This document shows positions 10,901 to 19,928 of a DNA stretch of 64,000 nucleotides, piece by piece; position 1 is the first letter of the stretch, and the number at the start of each line of letters is the position of its first letter. The position numbers and the translations under genes were made by a program. The notes under the pieces are model-generated. The model had not been told where the DNA came from. It saw only the letters and a program-made list of their open reading frames with translations, and ran no database searches. The stretch is from NCBI GenBank assembly GCA_947462875.1, contig CANHQJ010000012.1:48118-112117 (forward strand), given 5' to 3'. Origin of the DNA: Verrucomicrobiia bacterium. Its GTDB lineage: Bacteria; Verrucomicrobiota; Verrucomicrobiia; Verrucomicrobiales; Akkermansiaceae.

Positions 10901-11536
10901 CGATTGAGCAAGACGTTCGCGATCATGGGCAGGCGTCGATTTTGGTCGGGCCACGTCCACGCGCGCTTTGGTCCCCTCATCGGCAATCCACCAGGCATAG
11001 CGCCCGCGGTTGTTTCCTTGCGCAATGGCGACGACGGGTGCGAGCAGCTCTCTGTTTGTGTTGGGCGCGCTGAGGTAGGAACCGAGTTTGAGCGCATCGC
11101 CCTGCGTGGCGGAAGTGGATGCGGTCAGGTTTCTGTTAGGATTTGGCAGGTGACCGCTCACCAGCCACTGGATGGCAGAACTCTTGGGATCCGTGGTCAA
11201 AAAGGAAGGGCTGACATTCGTCACTCCGGTCCAATGCGGATGCGCGGGCTCGGCACTGCCAATGTGGGCGGAGGGAAAGGTAACCCGTTGATCCGGCCCT
11301 GTGGTTTTTTGCAATTCGCCTATCGCGAGCATCAGCGCCATGCGGGCGTTCGCCCTGGCGATGGACTGGGCGCTCTGAGCCGAAGTGTTTCGCAAAGTCA
11401 CACTGCTCAGACCAAGCATGCCGACCGCGAGCAGTGTCAGCAAAACCAGCAACGACAGCGTGATCACCAGCGTGAAACCGGATGGTTCATGCGCTCGTGT
11501 CAGCCGTCCCAGGGAAAGCGGGTGGCGGTTGTTCAT
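7958..11536 (-). CDS. Giant (about 1190 aa) secreted protein with prepilin-type N-terminal cleavage/methylation-like segment
   Basis: The long ORF reaches 11761, but the plausible start is the internal ATG at 11536 (MNNRHPLSLGRLTRAHEPSGFTLVITLSLLVLLTLLAV). That is a type IV pilin/pseudopilin-like leader followed by a hydrophobic helix, common in Verrucomicrobia. The rest is Gly/Asn/Ser/Trp-rich with no recognised catalytic motif. Confidence 0.65.
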   Translation of the reverse strand: MNNRHPLSLGRLTRAHEPSGFTLVITLSLLVLLTLLAVGMLGLSSVTLRNTSAQSAQSIARANARMALMLAIGELQKTTGPDQRVTFPSAHIGSAEPAHPHWTGVTNVSPSFLTTDPKSSAIQWLVSGHLPNPNRNLTASTSATQGDALKLGSYLSAPNTNRELLAPVVAIAQGNNRGRYAWWIADEGTKARVDVARPKSTPAHDRERLAQSQSPLEGGWTSLGNSWSAFAPDAALDKQSLISLPTVALAAANPALDREFFHDVTTGGFGLPVNVVAGGMKADLSLIFDRSQISKRFGDRYFGATPSALTWNGAPIFSFTTSTPAKFYLSDAISRNGSVPTGPNWGNLWNYATLWQNVSGQQIPLVGGHPLVESDLRYKTWLPYTNHNQGSFRRDVQQTNSPVAPVLSMFQIGFRLNAELAPPANPPSNTEFYRAQVGIQPVVGLWNPYNITIRATSYRFDWALYPYLRFNYARPTGNGTFTDGRLTRLWLREEWTNGGSVIPTPGDGNAGRWLQLETPVIDLQPGEFRLFSVLERITVRAGQTYTLKPGWSEKGAFIVDLKDDAGNTRLVPKGYRAWFGDIVLQDTQSNEVRSKFPSLDLSSASSTWFTLKSANNILLRSTELWNGGSDPSITTALRVPEPVVSGSNGGLNTSKATYLIEDLAGDTVTPNIATWSFFSRTTNQIEAPDANQRLRGWIDANPRALVTNSLWDGSRVSSTGERSGWHTTSPFIGAWNPPGRPRVVGDGLGGNRGLLAEGGSNITEPEVNRAGGRYQGFGGSSNTLAGGKTNVIVYDVPRSPLVSIGQFQHAQLSRYNFEPGFVVGNSYANPRIPLRSTSNPNFNGISGLNVTDVSFDVNKKLWDNYFFSTMALDYVNGSGASWDRFFDSKQLQSGAKTLPNPRMHFLPARGDTTIDKILADSGDRAPEAIAARIMIKGAFNINSTSKNAWKTLLASMGASQLPVLHPQTGAVTWQNPASARFNRFGHSLTNLPYTQGASGDGDAFWQGWRRLSDAEIDQLAQEMVTEVKARGPFRSLAEFVNRHPQSSNVAHQQKGALQAALDRTLNANLPNSVGKMATQPPGSQFSNATSNENSAAGSAAYVLQGDVLQSLGPLLQARSDYFKIRACGEALDSNGRVIARACCEGMVQRYANYLDSRDPSFRTPAELTSPTNRAFGRRYQLTSFRWISQSEI

Positions 11537-11562
11537 GTGGGTTTTGGGGAATGTGGTATGCT

Positions 11563-13857
11563 TCAGGAATAACAACGCACGGCAAAAAGCGCGGCGGGAG
11601 CATGGGGAGGCTTTCCGATGATGCGCAGCTTCAGACAGGTGGTGGTGATCGGAGAAGAGAAGAGTATGGACCGCCGCGACTGGTGGTTGTGAGAAATGGT
11701 TGCCACGGATTGAAACGCACCGTTTGACATTTCCGCTTCGACCGTTACATCGCTGATGCAAAAGGGCATGATGCGCTCCGGATGTCCCATGAGCACGGAT
11801 TCCATCGGGTGATCAAAGTCCGTATCGAAATCGAATTCGATCGAAGAAATGATCTGGGGCGCTTGCCAAGCCAGTTGGACCGCGGGTTCCTCATCGGCAA
11901 AATCCGCCACCCAGGCATTGGCCGCGCGGGTGGGGCGGTTGATGCCATGGATGAGATGATGCACCCCGAAAGAGGACAAGGCAGGTTCGCAGAGCAAGGC
12001 GAGATTTTTGCCAGCGGGTCTTCTCTTGGGTGTCCAAAATTCGAAGGTATCGATGCCGATGTCCGGTGGCGGGCTCTGCGTGTTGGATTTAGCCACCGCC
12101 TTGTTTCCTGCCTGGCACAGGGCGAGGACTCCGGTGAGGCGCTGTTCGCTCAGGTGGATGGCGACGTTGTCGTTCTTGATCAGGCAGAGGAAAACATAGC
12201 GTGCTTCATCGATCAACGCGGCAAAAGCCAATGGAATCTTTTGCTGTGCTCCGGGAGCGAGAGAGATGTCCAGCGCGGCGAGCGTGACGTCGGGGGTGTG
12301 GTTGTCGGGCTTTTCGCTGATTCTCAGTTCGGCGCGGAGAGTGGTCGCTTCGCTGACATCGGCAGTCACGGTGAACCTCGGCACTGGTCCGGCCGCGCAG
12401 GGGAGCATCATCGCCCATGATTCCGTTAGGAGAGCCGTTTCGCCGGACGCTCCCAGTTCTGTTAGGGTAAGTTCGCTCGATGCGCTGACGGTTGCCGTTT
12501 TTGCCAAGTCTGCGGATTCCTCAAGCGCGACGCCGGGGATGAATTGCCCGGTGCGCAGGAGCCTGTTTTGCAATTCCTTCATGCGATCTTCTCGCAACAG
12601 ATCGCGGGGCATGAGTCCATCGCGCAGGCACAGTGCGGCGGCGATGCCGACGGCTTGTCCGCCATGGGCGCAGGTGGCCATCACGCGGGTGCTGGCGAAG
12701 GCCACATGCGAGGCGCTGATGATGCGGCCGGCGAGCATGAGGTTGGCGATATTGCGGCTGTACATCGTGCGCCACGGAATTTGATAGACTCCTTTGGAAT
12801 GCCACTGGGTGCAGCCGGAGAGCGGGCTGTAAACGCCGTCCACCGGGTGCAGGTCGATCGCCCAGCCGCCGAACGATACGGCATCCGCGTGCACCCGTTG
12901 CTCCACGATGTCCTGCTGGATCAGGATGAGATCGCCCTCGAAACGACGGCTCTCGCGTTTGCCCGGGATCGTGCCTACCCACTCCAGGGTCAGTGTTTCC
13001 GCTTCGGGAAATTGTCCGGAATTCTTGATGTGATTCCACACGCCATACGCGACTTTCCACAGTTCCATCTTGATGTGCTCGCTGTCGTGGATGGTATCGA
13101 TCGCGCCGCCCCACTCGAGCCACCACAAACGGCAACCGTCTTGCCCGGCTTTGAAATCACGCCAGCGTGGGATCTTTGTGATATCCGAAAGCGCGAACGC
13201 GGGTGCGGTGAAATGCACCGGGCGTCCCGTGTCCTTGGAATAAAAATAAATCGAGTGACCTAACAGCTCGGTGGACGCCGTGGCGGGTGCGAATTTTTCG
13301 CCGAACTCCTCGCGCGATTCGGCACCGATGCGGAAGGCGGCGCCGGCGAGAAAGCCGACGATGCCATCGCCGCTGGCATCGCAGAACAGGGGTGCCGAGA
13401 TTTCATAACAAGTGGAATTCTGTGAGCAAAAGGCGCGCACCGAGCGGATCGTATCATCGTCGGCCTTTTCCAGATCATGCACGGCGGTATTCAGCAATAG
13501 CGTGATGTTCGGTTCGTTCAGCACATATTCCAGCACGACTGTGTCGAGAATCAGCGGATTGCCCTCGGGATTGCGGAACATGTTTTCCACGAGAATCTCA
13601 TCGATGACCCCACCTTCGCGCGCCCAGCGGTTGTTGTTGCCCATGTGCGATGTGGCGCCGAGAATCCAGAGTCGCACCTCGCTCGAGGCATTGCCGCCAA
13701 GCACGGGCCGGTCCTGGATCAGCACCACCTTGACGCCGGCGCGCGCGGCGGTGATGGCACAGCACACGCCTGCGAGACCACCACCCACGACGACAAGGTC
13801 GCAGGATTGGCGTATGGTATGAAGAGTCCGTTGCGGAGTCGGTGGATCGATGATCAT
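11563..13857 (-). CDS. FAD-dependent oxidoreductase (PF12831-like, PUL-associated)
   Basis: Dinucleotide-binding motif DLVVVGGGLAGVCCAITAARAGVKVVLIQDRPVLGGN near the N-terminus. Start chosen at MIIDPPTPQ (ATG at 13857); the ORF is open to 13923. About 764 aa. Confidence 0.7.
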   Translation of the reverse strand: MIIDPPTPQRTLHTIRQSCDLVVVGGGLAGVCCAITAARAGVKVVLIQDRPVLGGNASSEVRLWILGATSHMGNNNRWAREGGVIDEILVENMFRNPEGNPLILDTVVLEYVLNEPNITLLLNTAVHDLEKADDDTIRSVRAFCSQNSTCYEISAPLFCDASGDGIVGFLAGAAFRIGAESREEFGEKFAPATASTELLGHSIYFYSKDTGRPVHFTAPAFALSDITKIPRWRDFKAGQDGCRLWWLEWGGAIDTIHDSEHIKMELWKVAYGVWNHIKNSGQFPEAETLTLEWVGTIPGKRESRRFEGDLILIQQDIVEQRVHADAVSFGGWAIDLHPVDGVYSPLSGCTQWHSKGVYQIPWRTMYSRNIANLMLAGRIISASHVAFASTRVMATCAHGGQAVGIAAALCLRDGLMPRDLLREDRMKELQNRLLRTGQFIPGVALEESADLAKTATVSASSELTLTELGASGETALLTESWAMMLPCAAGPVPRFTVTADVSEATTLRAELRISEKPDNHTPDVTLAALDISLAPGAQQKIPLAFAALIDEARYVFLCLIKNDNVAIHLSEQRLTGVLALCQAGNKAVAKSNTQSPPPDIGIDTFEFWTPKRRPAGKNLALLCEPALSSFGVHHLIHGINRPTRAANAWVADFADEEPAVQLAWQAPQIISSIEFDFDTDFDHPMESVLMGHPERIMPFCISDVTVEAEMSNGAFQSVATISHNHQSRRSILFSSPITTTCLKLRIIGKPPHAPAALFAVRCYS

Positions 13858-13985
13858 AGGAAAAAATTTTGGGTTGGGTGCAGGCGCGCCTGTATGCGAG
13901 CCATAGGGAAGTGTAGAAATCATTGCGCTTGCCCGCTAGTGAAAAATGCGCATCATTTCTTCGATTTTACGTATTGCCGCTCACA

Positions 13986-15158
13986 ATGAAACAGCATCAT
14001 AACAACAGCACCTCCCCGAAACGCGTGGCGATTCTCGTCGATACCTCCACGACCTGGGGACGAAATCTGATCGTGGGAATCCACCGCTACAGCAGAGAGC
14101 GGGGGAACTGGGAGTTGTTGGTGGAGCCGCGCGGACTGGAGCAGAGACGGTGGTTGCCCCCGGGATGGAAAGGGGATGGCGTCATCGCACGGGTGGGTTT
14201 TCTGGAACTGGCGAAAAGCTTGAAGAGACTGAAATTGCCCGTGGTCAACGTATCCGCGATCACTCTGCCGCGCGTCGATTTTCCTCGCGTGATTTCCGAT
14301 CAGGTGGCGGCGGCGGGCTTGGCGGCCGAGCATTTGTTAGCGCGCGGATTCCGCAGCTTCGGGTATTTCAGCCAGTTGGAATTGGAATACGTCGCCGAGC
14401 ACCAGCGGGCCTTTGCGCAGGCCTTGCGCCGGTCGGGACACGATTGCCAGGTCTTCGCCGTGCCGGCGCTGGGAGAGTCCGAGCCGACTTGGAATCTCGA
14501 TATGAAGCGCCTCGCTGCCTGGCTGCACGCGCAACCGAAACCGCTCGCTGTGTTCACGTGGACCAGCAGCAACGCCCGCGATCTCATCTACGCGTGCCAG
14601 CGTGCCGGTCTGGCTGTGCCCGAGCAGGTGGCGGTGCTCAGTGGATCCGACGACGAACTGCTTTGCGAAGTCACGCCGGTGCCGATCTCCGCGATCAAGC
14701 TCGACTCCGAGCAAATCGGCTATCGTGCGGCGGAGCAACTGGACAGGATGATGAAACGTCCGGCACGCATTTCTTTCGAGGAAATCCTCATCGCCCCACG
14801 CGGCGTCGTCGAGCGGCGATCCACCGATACCCTGGCGCTCAGCGATGCGGCGATGGTCAAGGCCCTGCGTTTCATCCGCGAAGATCCCAGCCAGGAAATG
14901 GGCGTCGCGGACGTGGCACGCTGCGCGGGGCTGAGCCGCCGTGCTCTTGAACTGCGCTTTCAGCAACTGATCGGGCGTTCGCCCGCGGCGGAAATCCGAC
15001 GTGTGAGAATCGACCATGCGATTCACCTGTTGCGCCATACGAACTTGTCGGTGGCTACTGTCGCCGAACGCTCCGGCTTCAGCAGCGCCGAATACATGGC
15101 ATCGGTTTTCCGCGCACAGGGACAGACAGCCCCGCTGAAATTCCGGAATAAGAAATAA
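13986..15158 (+). CDS. XylR-like transcriptional regulator (periplasmic-binding-protein-like sugar-binding domain fused to AraC-type HTH)
   Basis: The C-terminus DVARCAGLSRRALELRFQQLIGRSPAAEIRRVRIDHAIHLLRHTNLSVATVAERSGFSSAEYMASVFR is an AraC HTH. The N-terminal ~270 aa (VAILVDTSTTWGRNLIVGIHRY...) look like a LacI/PBP-type fold. It is divergent from the minus-strand CAZyme array. Start chosen at MKQHH (13986). Confidence 0.75.
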   Translation: MKQHHNNSTSPKRVAILVDTSTTWGRNLIVGIHRYSRERGNWELLVEPRGLEQRRWLPPGWKGDGVIARVGFLELAKSLKRLKLPVVNVSAITLPRVDFPRVISDQVAAAGLAAEHLLARGFRSFGYFSQLELEYVAEHQRAFAQALRRSGHDCQVFAVPALGESEPTWNLDMKRLAAWLHAQPKPLAVFTWTSSNARDLIYACQRAGLAVPEQVAVLSGSDDELLCEVTPVPISAIKLDSEQIGYRAAEQLDRMMKRPARISFEEILIAPRGVVERRSTDTLALSDAAMVKALRFIREDPSQEMGVADVARCAGLSRRALELRFQQLIGRSPAAEIRRVRIDHAIHLLRHTNLSVATVAERSGFSSAEYMASVFRAQGQTAPLKFRNKK

Positions 15159-15166
15159 TCCGTCGA

Positions 15167-17680
15167 TTATTTTGTTTCCATCGTTTTTTGGATATCATCG
15201 CTGCGGAAAGGAACGGCGGGCAGGCCCTCGCGATTGAACAGATTTCCGTCCGGCACCTTCGCCCAGCAGTAGCGCACATGGGCGGGGTGGGGGACTTTCT
15301 CCGAGGTGACGACAACGGTATCGCCCACGATGGTGGCGGTTGCCGGAACATAGGCGCCATCAGCTCCGGCGATGGTGAAGCCCCGGAGCATCTCACCTTG
15401 GCTCATCAGTCCTGTGCCGCGATGAGAAAAGGAAACAATCGCACGGTCTTGTTCGATGCGCATTTCCTGAAACACGGGACCGGAAAATTCCACGGCCTCA
15501 CCGTAGCTCAGCGCGCGTGCCGCCAGGGCGAGGCGTGAACCCACGGGTTGCTTGCGTGTCGGGTGAATGTTATCGGCGTCGCCCACATCGGTGGTGACCA
15601 CCATCGCCGTTCGCGGAGTATCGCGCCAGATGTGATACTGCGCCTCGCGGATGGACGGGTGTATGCTTTGATGGGGGGCGAGTTGTATGAACAGGAATGG
15701 CATGTCTTTGCCCCACACCGCGCGCCAGTCCGCGATCATCGCGGGGAGGAGTTTTTCATAAGCGGCCGCCTGGCCGGCATTCGATTCGCCTTGATACCAG
15801 ATCGCACCGCGGATCGGGAACGGTTGCAGCGGGGCGATCATGCCGTTGTGCAGGGCTCCGGGGCAGTCGTGGCCGCGTGTTTTCGGCATGGTCGGCGCTG
15901 CGGGGATGGGCTTGCCTTCCGCCTTGGCTTGCGCGACGGCTTTCGGATGAACGTGGTCGCGTTGGTGTTGATAGGCGCGATAGGTGGCTACGATGTCCGC
16001 CAATGTTTCGTCCGAAACATTGTTCCATTTGGCCAGCAATGTCGCGGCTTCGTTCATCCGGGAGAGTGTTTCCGTGCGCATCCAGGTTTCGATGCGCGTG
16101 CCGCCGACAGAGCTCACCAGCAACCCGATCGGCACGCCGGTTTGTTTCTGCAAATCCTTGGCAAAATAAAAGGACACCGCCGAGCATGCGCCCGCAGTGG
16201 TGGGACTGACGGGCTTCCATTGACCGTCCAGTGTGGTCAGTGGCTCCTTGCTGAACTGGTCTTTCACCGAGAAAAACCGGATCATGGGATGCCGGGCCGC
16301 GGCGATTTCCTGGCTCGCGTTTTCCACGCTTGCCATCGTGAAATGCATGTTCGACTGCCCCGAACAAAGCCAGACATCGCCGACCAGGACATCGCCAAAC
16401 TCGATGCTTTGCCCGCCACACGCGATCTTCAGCGTTTGCGGTGTTTCACTGGCGGCCAGTGGTTCCAGTTTCACTTGCCAATGGCCTTTGTTGTCGGATG
16501 TGGTCGACTGGTGCTGTTTGTCGAAGCTGACGCGCACTTCCGAGTTCGGCGCGCACCAGCCCCAGACCGGCACGGCTTGTTCGCGCTGCAGCACCATGTG
16601 GTCGCTGAAACAGGCGGGCAAGCGCAAGGTGCTTTGCAAGGACCACTCGGACTGCCATGAAATGGTCGCTTGGTTGTTCTGGTCAAATTCCAATGGCAGC
16701 CAGATGTAGCCCGATTGCACCGGATCCTGCGGCAGGTTGATATCGAACATGGCGATCCACCGGTCCTCCTGCCCGGGCATGGGGAAAACAAATGTGCTTT
16801 GTCCGCCGAAGGTTTTTTCCGCACTGAGTTTGTTGTGAGGGTTGATGCCGCGACAGGGATTGCCGAGAGAAGTGAAGGGCCCGGTCAATTGATCGGCCAC
16901 GTAAAAGCGGGCCGGATTCGGGGCCCATCCCGTGCTGGCAGAGCCTAGCAGATAATACTTACCCTTGCGCTTGAACAGCACAGGGGCCTCGGTGGCGTTT
17001 TGGACACCTTGCATCGGCACGTAGTTTCCTACCGGTCGCAAGCCGTCGTCTGTCATCTTGCCACAGACCAGCGGTTTATCGGTGCGTGTGCCATCGGGTT
17101 TGCGAACCGCGATGTGATGGACGGATCCGTCTTCTTCCTGATAGATGGCAAAGTCTCCGGATCCCGTGGTGCTTCCGCCGCCCAAAAACTTGCCTTGATA
17201 TTGATACGGTCCGGTGGGTTTTTCCGCCGTGGCAACGCCGATATAGGCAAAGTCCTTGCCACTTTTGCCGCCCTGCGCTTTGGGGGGATAAAGTTTGAAA
17301 TAGAGAATGAATCGTTTTGTCCCCGCGTGGTGGATCACTTTGGGTCGATCGAGAATGTAGGCGTCCCTGAGTTCCGCCGGCATTTCCGGTGAGCGCGCAT
17401 CCAGCACCAGACCGGCGTTTTTCCAACTCAGCAGATCCTTGCTGGTATAGCAACTCACTCCCGCCTCATTGCTCTCTTCCTCGGTCTTGCCGGGGATTTT
17501 TTGCGCACCGAACCAATAATACGTATCCCCGTGATGGAGCACGCAGAAGCCGTGTGCGTTGATCCGGTTGCCCTCGGTATCGAGCCATGGCTGACCCGGG
17601 CGGAACGAGGGAGATGCTGCGTCCGCTGACGCAGTGAATGAAGCGAGTAGCAGTGCGATTGATAGCAGAATGTGTTTCAT
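15167..17680 (-). CDS. Bifunctional GH43-like beta-propeller glycosidase fused to SASA/DUF303 O-acetylesterase
   Basis: 837 aa with signal peptide. The N-terminal half (HGDTYYWFG... TEAPVLFKRKGKYYLLGSASTGW) resembles a GH43-like 5-bladed propeller. The C-terminal half has the esterase sandwich plus catalytic motif (VPVWGWCAPNSEVRVSF...VLVGDVWLCSGQSNMHF) and a C-terminal sandwich (VRYCWAKVPDGNLFNREGLPAVPFRSD). Confidence 0.65.
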   Translation of the reverse strand: MKHILLSIALLLASFTASADAASPSFRPGQPWLDTEGNRINAHGFCVLHHGDTYYWFGAQKIPGKTEEESNEAGVSCYTSKDLLSWKNAGLVLDARSPEMPAELRDAYILDRPKVIHHAGTKRFILYFKLYPPKAQGGKSGKDFAYIGVATAEKPTGPYQYQGKFLGGGSTTGSGDFAIYQEEDGSVHHIAVRKPDGTRTDKPLVCGKMTDDGLRPVGNYVPMQGVQNATEAPVLFKRKGKYYLLGSASTGWAPNPARFYVADQLTGPFTSLGNPCRGINPHNKLSAEKTFGGQSTFVFPMPGQEDRWIAMFDINLPQDPVQSGYIWLPLEFDQNNQATISWQSEWSLQSTLRLPACFSDHMVLQREQAVPVWGWCAPNSEVRVSFDKQHQSTTSDNKGHWQVKLEPLAASETPQTLKIACGGQSIEFGDVLVGDVWLCSGQSNMHFTMASVENASQEIAAARHPMIRFFSVKDQFSKEPLTTLDGQWKPVSPTTAGACSAVSFYFAKDLQKQTGVPIGLLVSSVGGTRIETWMRTETLSRMNEAATLLAKWNNVSDETLADIVATYRAYQHQRDHVHPKAVAQAKAEGKPIPAAPTMPKTRGHDCPGALHNGMIAPLQPFPIRGAIWYQGESNAGQAAAYEKLLPAMIADWRAVWGKDMPFLFIQLAPHQSIHPSIREAQYHIWRDTPRTAMVVTTDVGDADNIHPTRKQPVGSRLALAARALSYGEAVEFSGPVFQEMRIEQDRAIVSFSHRGTGLMSQGEMLRGFTIAGADGAYVPATATIVGDTVVVTSEKVPHPAHVRYCWAKVPDGNLFNREGLPAVPFRSDDIQKTMETK

Positions 17681-17698
17681 GCAGGAGAAAGATTCGGT

Positions 17699-19150
17699 TT
17701 ATTTGCCTTCCGCGGCCCACGATTTCATGAGCTGGATATTGCGTTCGACGCTGGGATTCGGTCGTTGCAGATAGACTTTCATGTCGCTGTCGAACATGGA
17801 CTCCGGCTCGGGACCACGGTCGCGCGTTTCCGTGATCCATTGATCCAATCGCGCGCGCATGCTGGCAAGGGTCGTCTGGTGTGCCGGGTCATCGGCGAGG
17901 TTGCGCCTTTCAAAAGGATCGGCTTTCACATCGTAGAGCTCCTCTTTCGGGCGGGTGGGGGAGAGCAGCAGGCTGCTTTGCTCGGCGGAGAGTTTTCCCA
18001 GCTCATGCAGCTCGCGGATTTTTTTCAGCACTGGTTTGTTGTCCTTGTAATCATTCGGCTGAAGCAGGGGGCGCAGGGGATGGAAGTTGCGGATGTATTT
18101 GAATTGTTCCGTGCGCACGCTGCGTATGCGATCCACCGTCTCATCACAGCGATCGCGTGCGGAAAAAACGGCATCGCGTTTCTTATACTCCTTGGCAAAC
18201 ACGTCGCGCCCCTGCATCCATGCGGGCACGGGCAGTCCGGCCCAGGCGAGAGAGGTGGCGGCCATGTCGATGTGCTGGATGAGGTCGCCGCGCACGGCTC
18301 CTTTGGTTATGCCGGGTCCGCGCACGATGAAGGGCGTGCGGATGCCTTCGTCATAGAGGAATTGTTTTCCGCGCGCATGGCTGATGCCGTTATCGCCCAT
18401 GAGGATGATATAGGTTTGTTCGAGAATGCCTTCCGTTTCGAGGCGCTGGAGAATGTCTCCGATCTGTTTGTCGCAGTAACGGATGCAGTCCAGATACTGC
18501 GCCCAGTCCTCTAACAGAACGGGGTCCTTCGGGTAGTACGGCGGAAGCGCGACCTTGGCCGGATCCGTCAGTGTGCCCAGCGCCTTGGGAGCGACATTGC
18601 GATACCACTGCCCTTTGTCATTGCGGTACTTTCCGCCCCATAGCTGGATTTGTGCGAAAAACGGCTGTCCCGTCTTGCGCGTGGACCAGTCATTGCCATC
18701 GTAGATTTTGGCATTCCATTCGAAGTTGTAGTCGGTCTTTCCCAGTCCTTTGCCTTTGTCCTTGTTCGGATCGCCCGCGTTGCTGGTATGATAGCCGGCG
18801 CGTTGGAACAGGGCGGGCACGGGCTCGATGCCGTCCGGCAGATGGATTTTTTCCGTACCTCTGCCGCTGCGATGGTGGTGCGCGCCGATGGTGGTCTGAT
18901 ACATGCCGGTGATCATCGCCGAGCGAGAGGGCGAGCAGACCGAGCAGGTGAGGAAGGCCTGATCGAAACGCGTGCCCTCGCGGACCAAGCGGTCGATGTT
19001 CGGCGTCTGGATGGATTTTTCCCCGTAACAGGGCAGCTGCGCGCCGACATCATCCATGACGATCCAGAGGATGTTGGGTTTGGTTTGGGCGTTTACGATG
19101 CTGGCGAGCACGATTGATAACGCGGCGAAGCAGTGCAGAAAATGTTTCAT
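17699..19150 (-). CDS. Sulfatase (formylglycine-dependent, S1 family)
   Basis: 483 aa with signal peptide. Signature CSPSRSAMITG (C-x-P-x-R) and the N-terminal PNILWIVMDD metal-binding motif. It lies 18 nt upstream of the GH43-esterase gene on the same strand. Confidence 0.85.
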   Translation of the reverse strand: MKHFLHCFAALSIVLASIVNAQTKPNILWIVMDDVGAQLPCYGEKSIQTPNIDRLVREGTRFDQAFLTCSVCSPSRSAMITGMYQTTIGAHHHRSGRGTEKIHLPDGIEPVPALFQRAGYHTSNAGDPNKDKGKGLGKTDYNFEWNAKIYDGNDWSTRKTGQPFFAQIQLWGGKYRNDKGQWYRNVAPKALGTLTDPAKVALPPYYPKDPVLLEDWAQYLDCIRYCDKQIGDILQRLETEGILEQTYIILMGDNGISHARGKQFLYDEGIRTPFIVRGPGITKGAVRGDLIQHIDMAATSLAWAGLPVPAWMQGRDVFAKEYKKRDAVFSARDRCDETVDRIRSVRTEQFKYIRNFHPLRPLLQPNDYKDNKPVLKKIRELHELGKLSAEQSSLLLSPTRPKEELYDVKADPFERRNLADDPAHQTTLASMRARLDQWITETRDRGPEPESMFDSDMKVYLQRPNPSVERNIQLMKSWAAEGK

Positions 19151-19305
19151 AATCGATCGTTTCGTTCCGCACGCATGATGGTGTGCCTATCAATTGTTGG
19201 CAATCCTGTTTCCTCACGTCTTTGTGTTGCGGTGGAAAAGAATTTCATTTTTCGAATCGTCATGCTGTTTTGGTATGGTAGGATTGCCCCCTATTTAAGA
19301 AGGTT

Positions 19306-19908
19306 ATGATAAAATTGGGATTGATCGGAATCGTGGTGGTGCTCGGCGTTCTGGCGCTGGGCGTGATGATTGTGGTGGGCATGTACAATGGCTTGGTGGT
19401 GGCGAGGAATTTGTTTCGCAACGCTTTCGCGCAGATCGACGTGCAATTGAAACGCCGGCATGACCTGATCCCGAATCTGGTCGAGACGGCCAAGGGCTAC
19501 ATGGCGCACGAGCGCGAAACCCTGGAGGCGGTCATTTCCGCGCGCAATCAGGCCGAGTTTTTGCGCGGTGCCGCCGCGATGAATCCGAGCGATGCCGCGG
19601 CGGTCGGCAAGCTGGCGCAGGCGGAGGGCCAGCTGGGGGGGGTGATCGGGCGCTTGTTTGCCGTGGCCGAGGCCTATCCCGATCTGAAAGCGAATGCGAA
19701 CATGATGCAACTGACCGAAGAGCTGACCTCCACGGAAAACAAAGTGTCTTTCGCGCGGCAGGCCTACAATGATGCGGTCACTGCCTATAATAACAAGCGC
19801 GAGACATTTCCGACCAACTTCATCGCGGGATTCTTTTCCTTTGGCGCGGCCTCTCTGTTTGAAATTACGAACGAGCAGGAACGCGAGGCGGTGAAAGTGT
19901 CCTTCTGA
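19306..19908 (+). CDS. lemA: LemA family protein
   Basis: 200 aa with N-terminal TM helix. Conserved LemA core NAFAQIDVQLKRRHDLIPNLVETAKGYMAHE. It is followed 20 nt later by an M48 peptidase, the canonical pairing. Confidence 0.8.
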   Translation: MIKLGLIGIVVVLGVLALGVMIVVGMYNGLVVARNLFRNAFAQIDVQLKRRHDLIPNLVETAKGYMAHERETLEAVISARNQAEFLRGAAAMNPSDAAAVGKLAQAEGQLGGVIGRLFAVAEAYPDLKANANMMQLTEELTSTENKVSFARQAYNDAVTAYNNKRETFPTNFIAGFFSFGAASLFEITNEQEREAVKVSF

Positions 19909-19928
19909 TCCGGCGAGTTCTCGAGGGG

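Noticed and set aside
9773-11572. 599-aa plus-strand ORF antisense to the giant pilin-leader gene (and similar ORFs at 8093-8785 and 9104-9736)
   Set aside because: These are antisense to a continuous 1190-codon gene. The translations are low-complexity and Arg-rich.
15548-16660. 370-aa plus-strand ORF antisense to the GH43-SASA gene
   Set aside because: Overlaps a motif-supported gene; no features.
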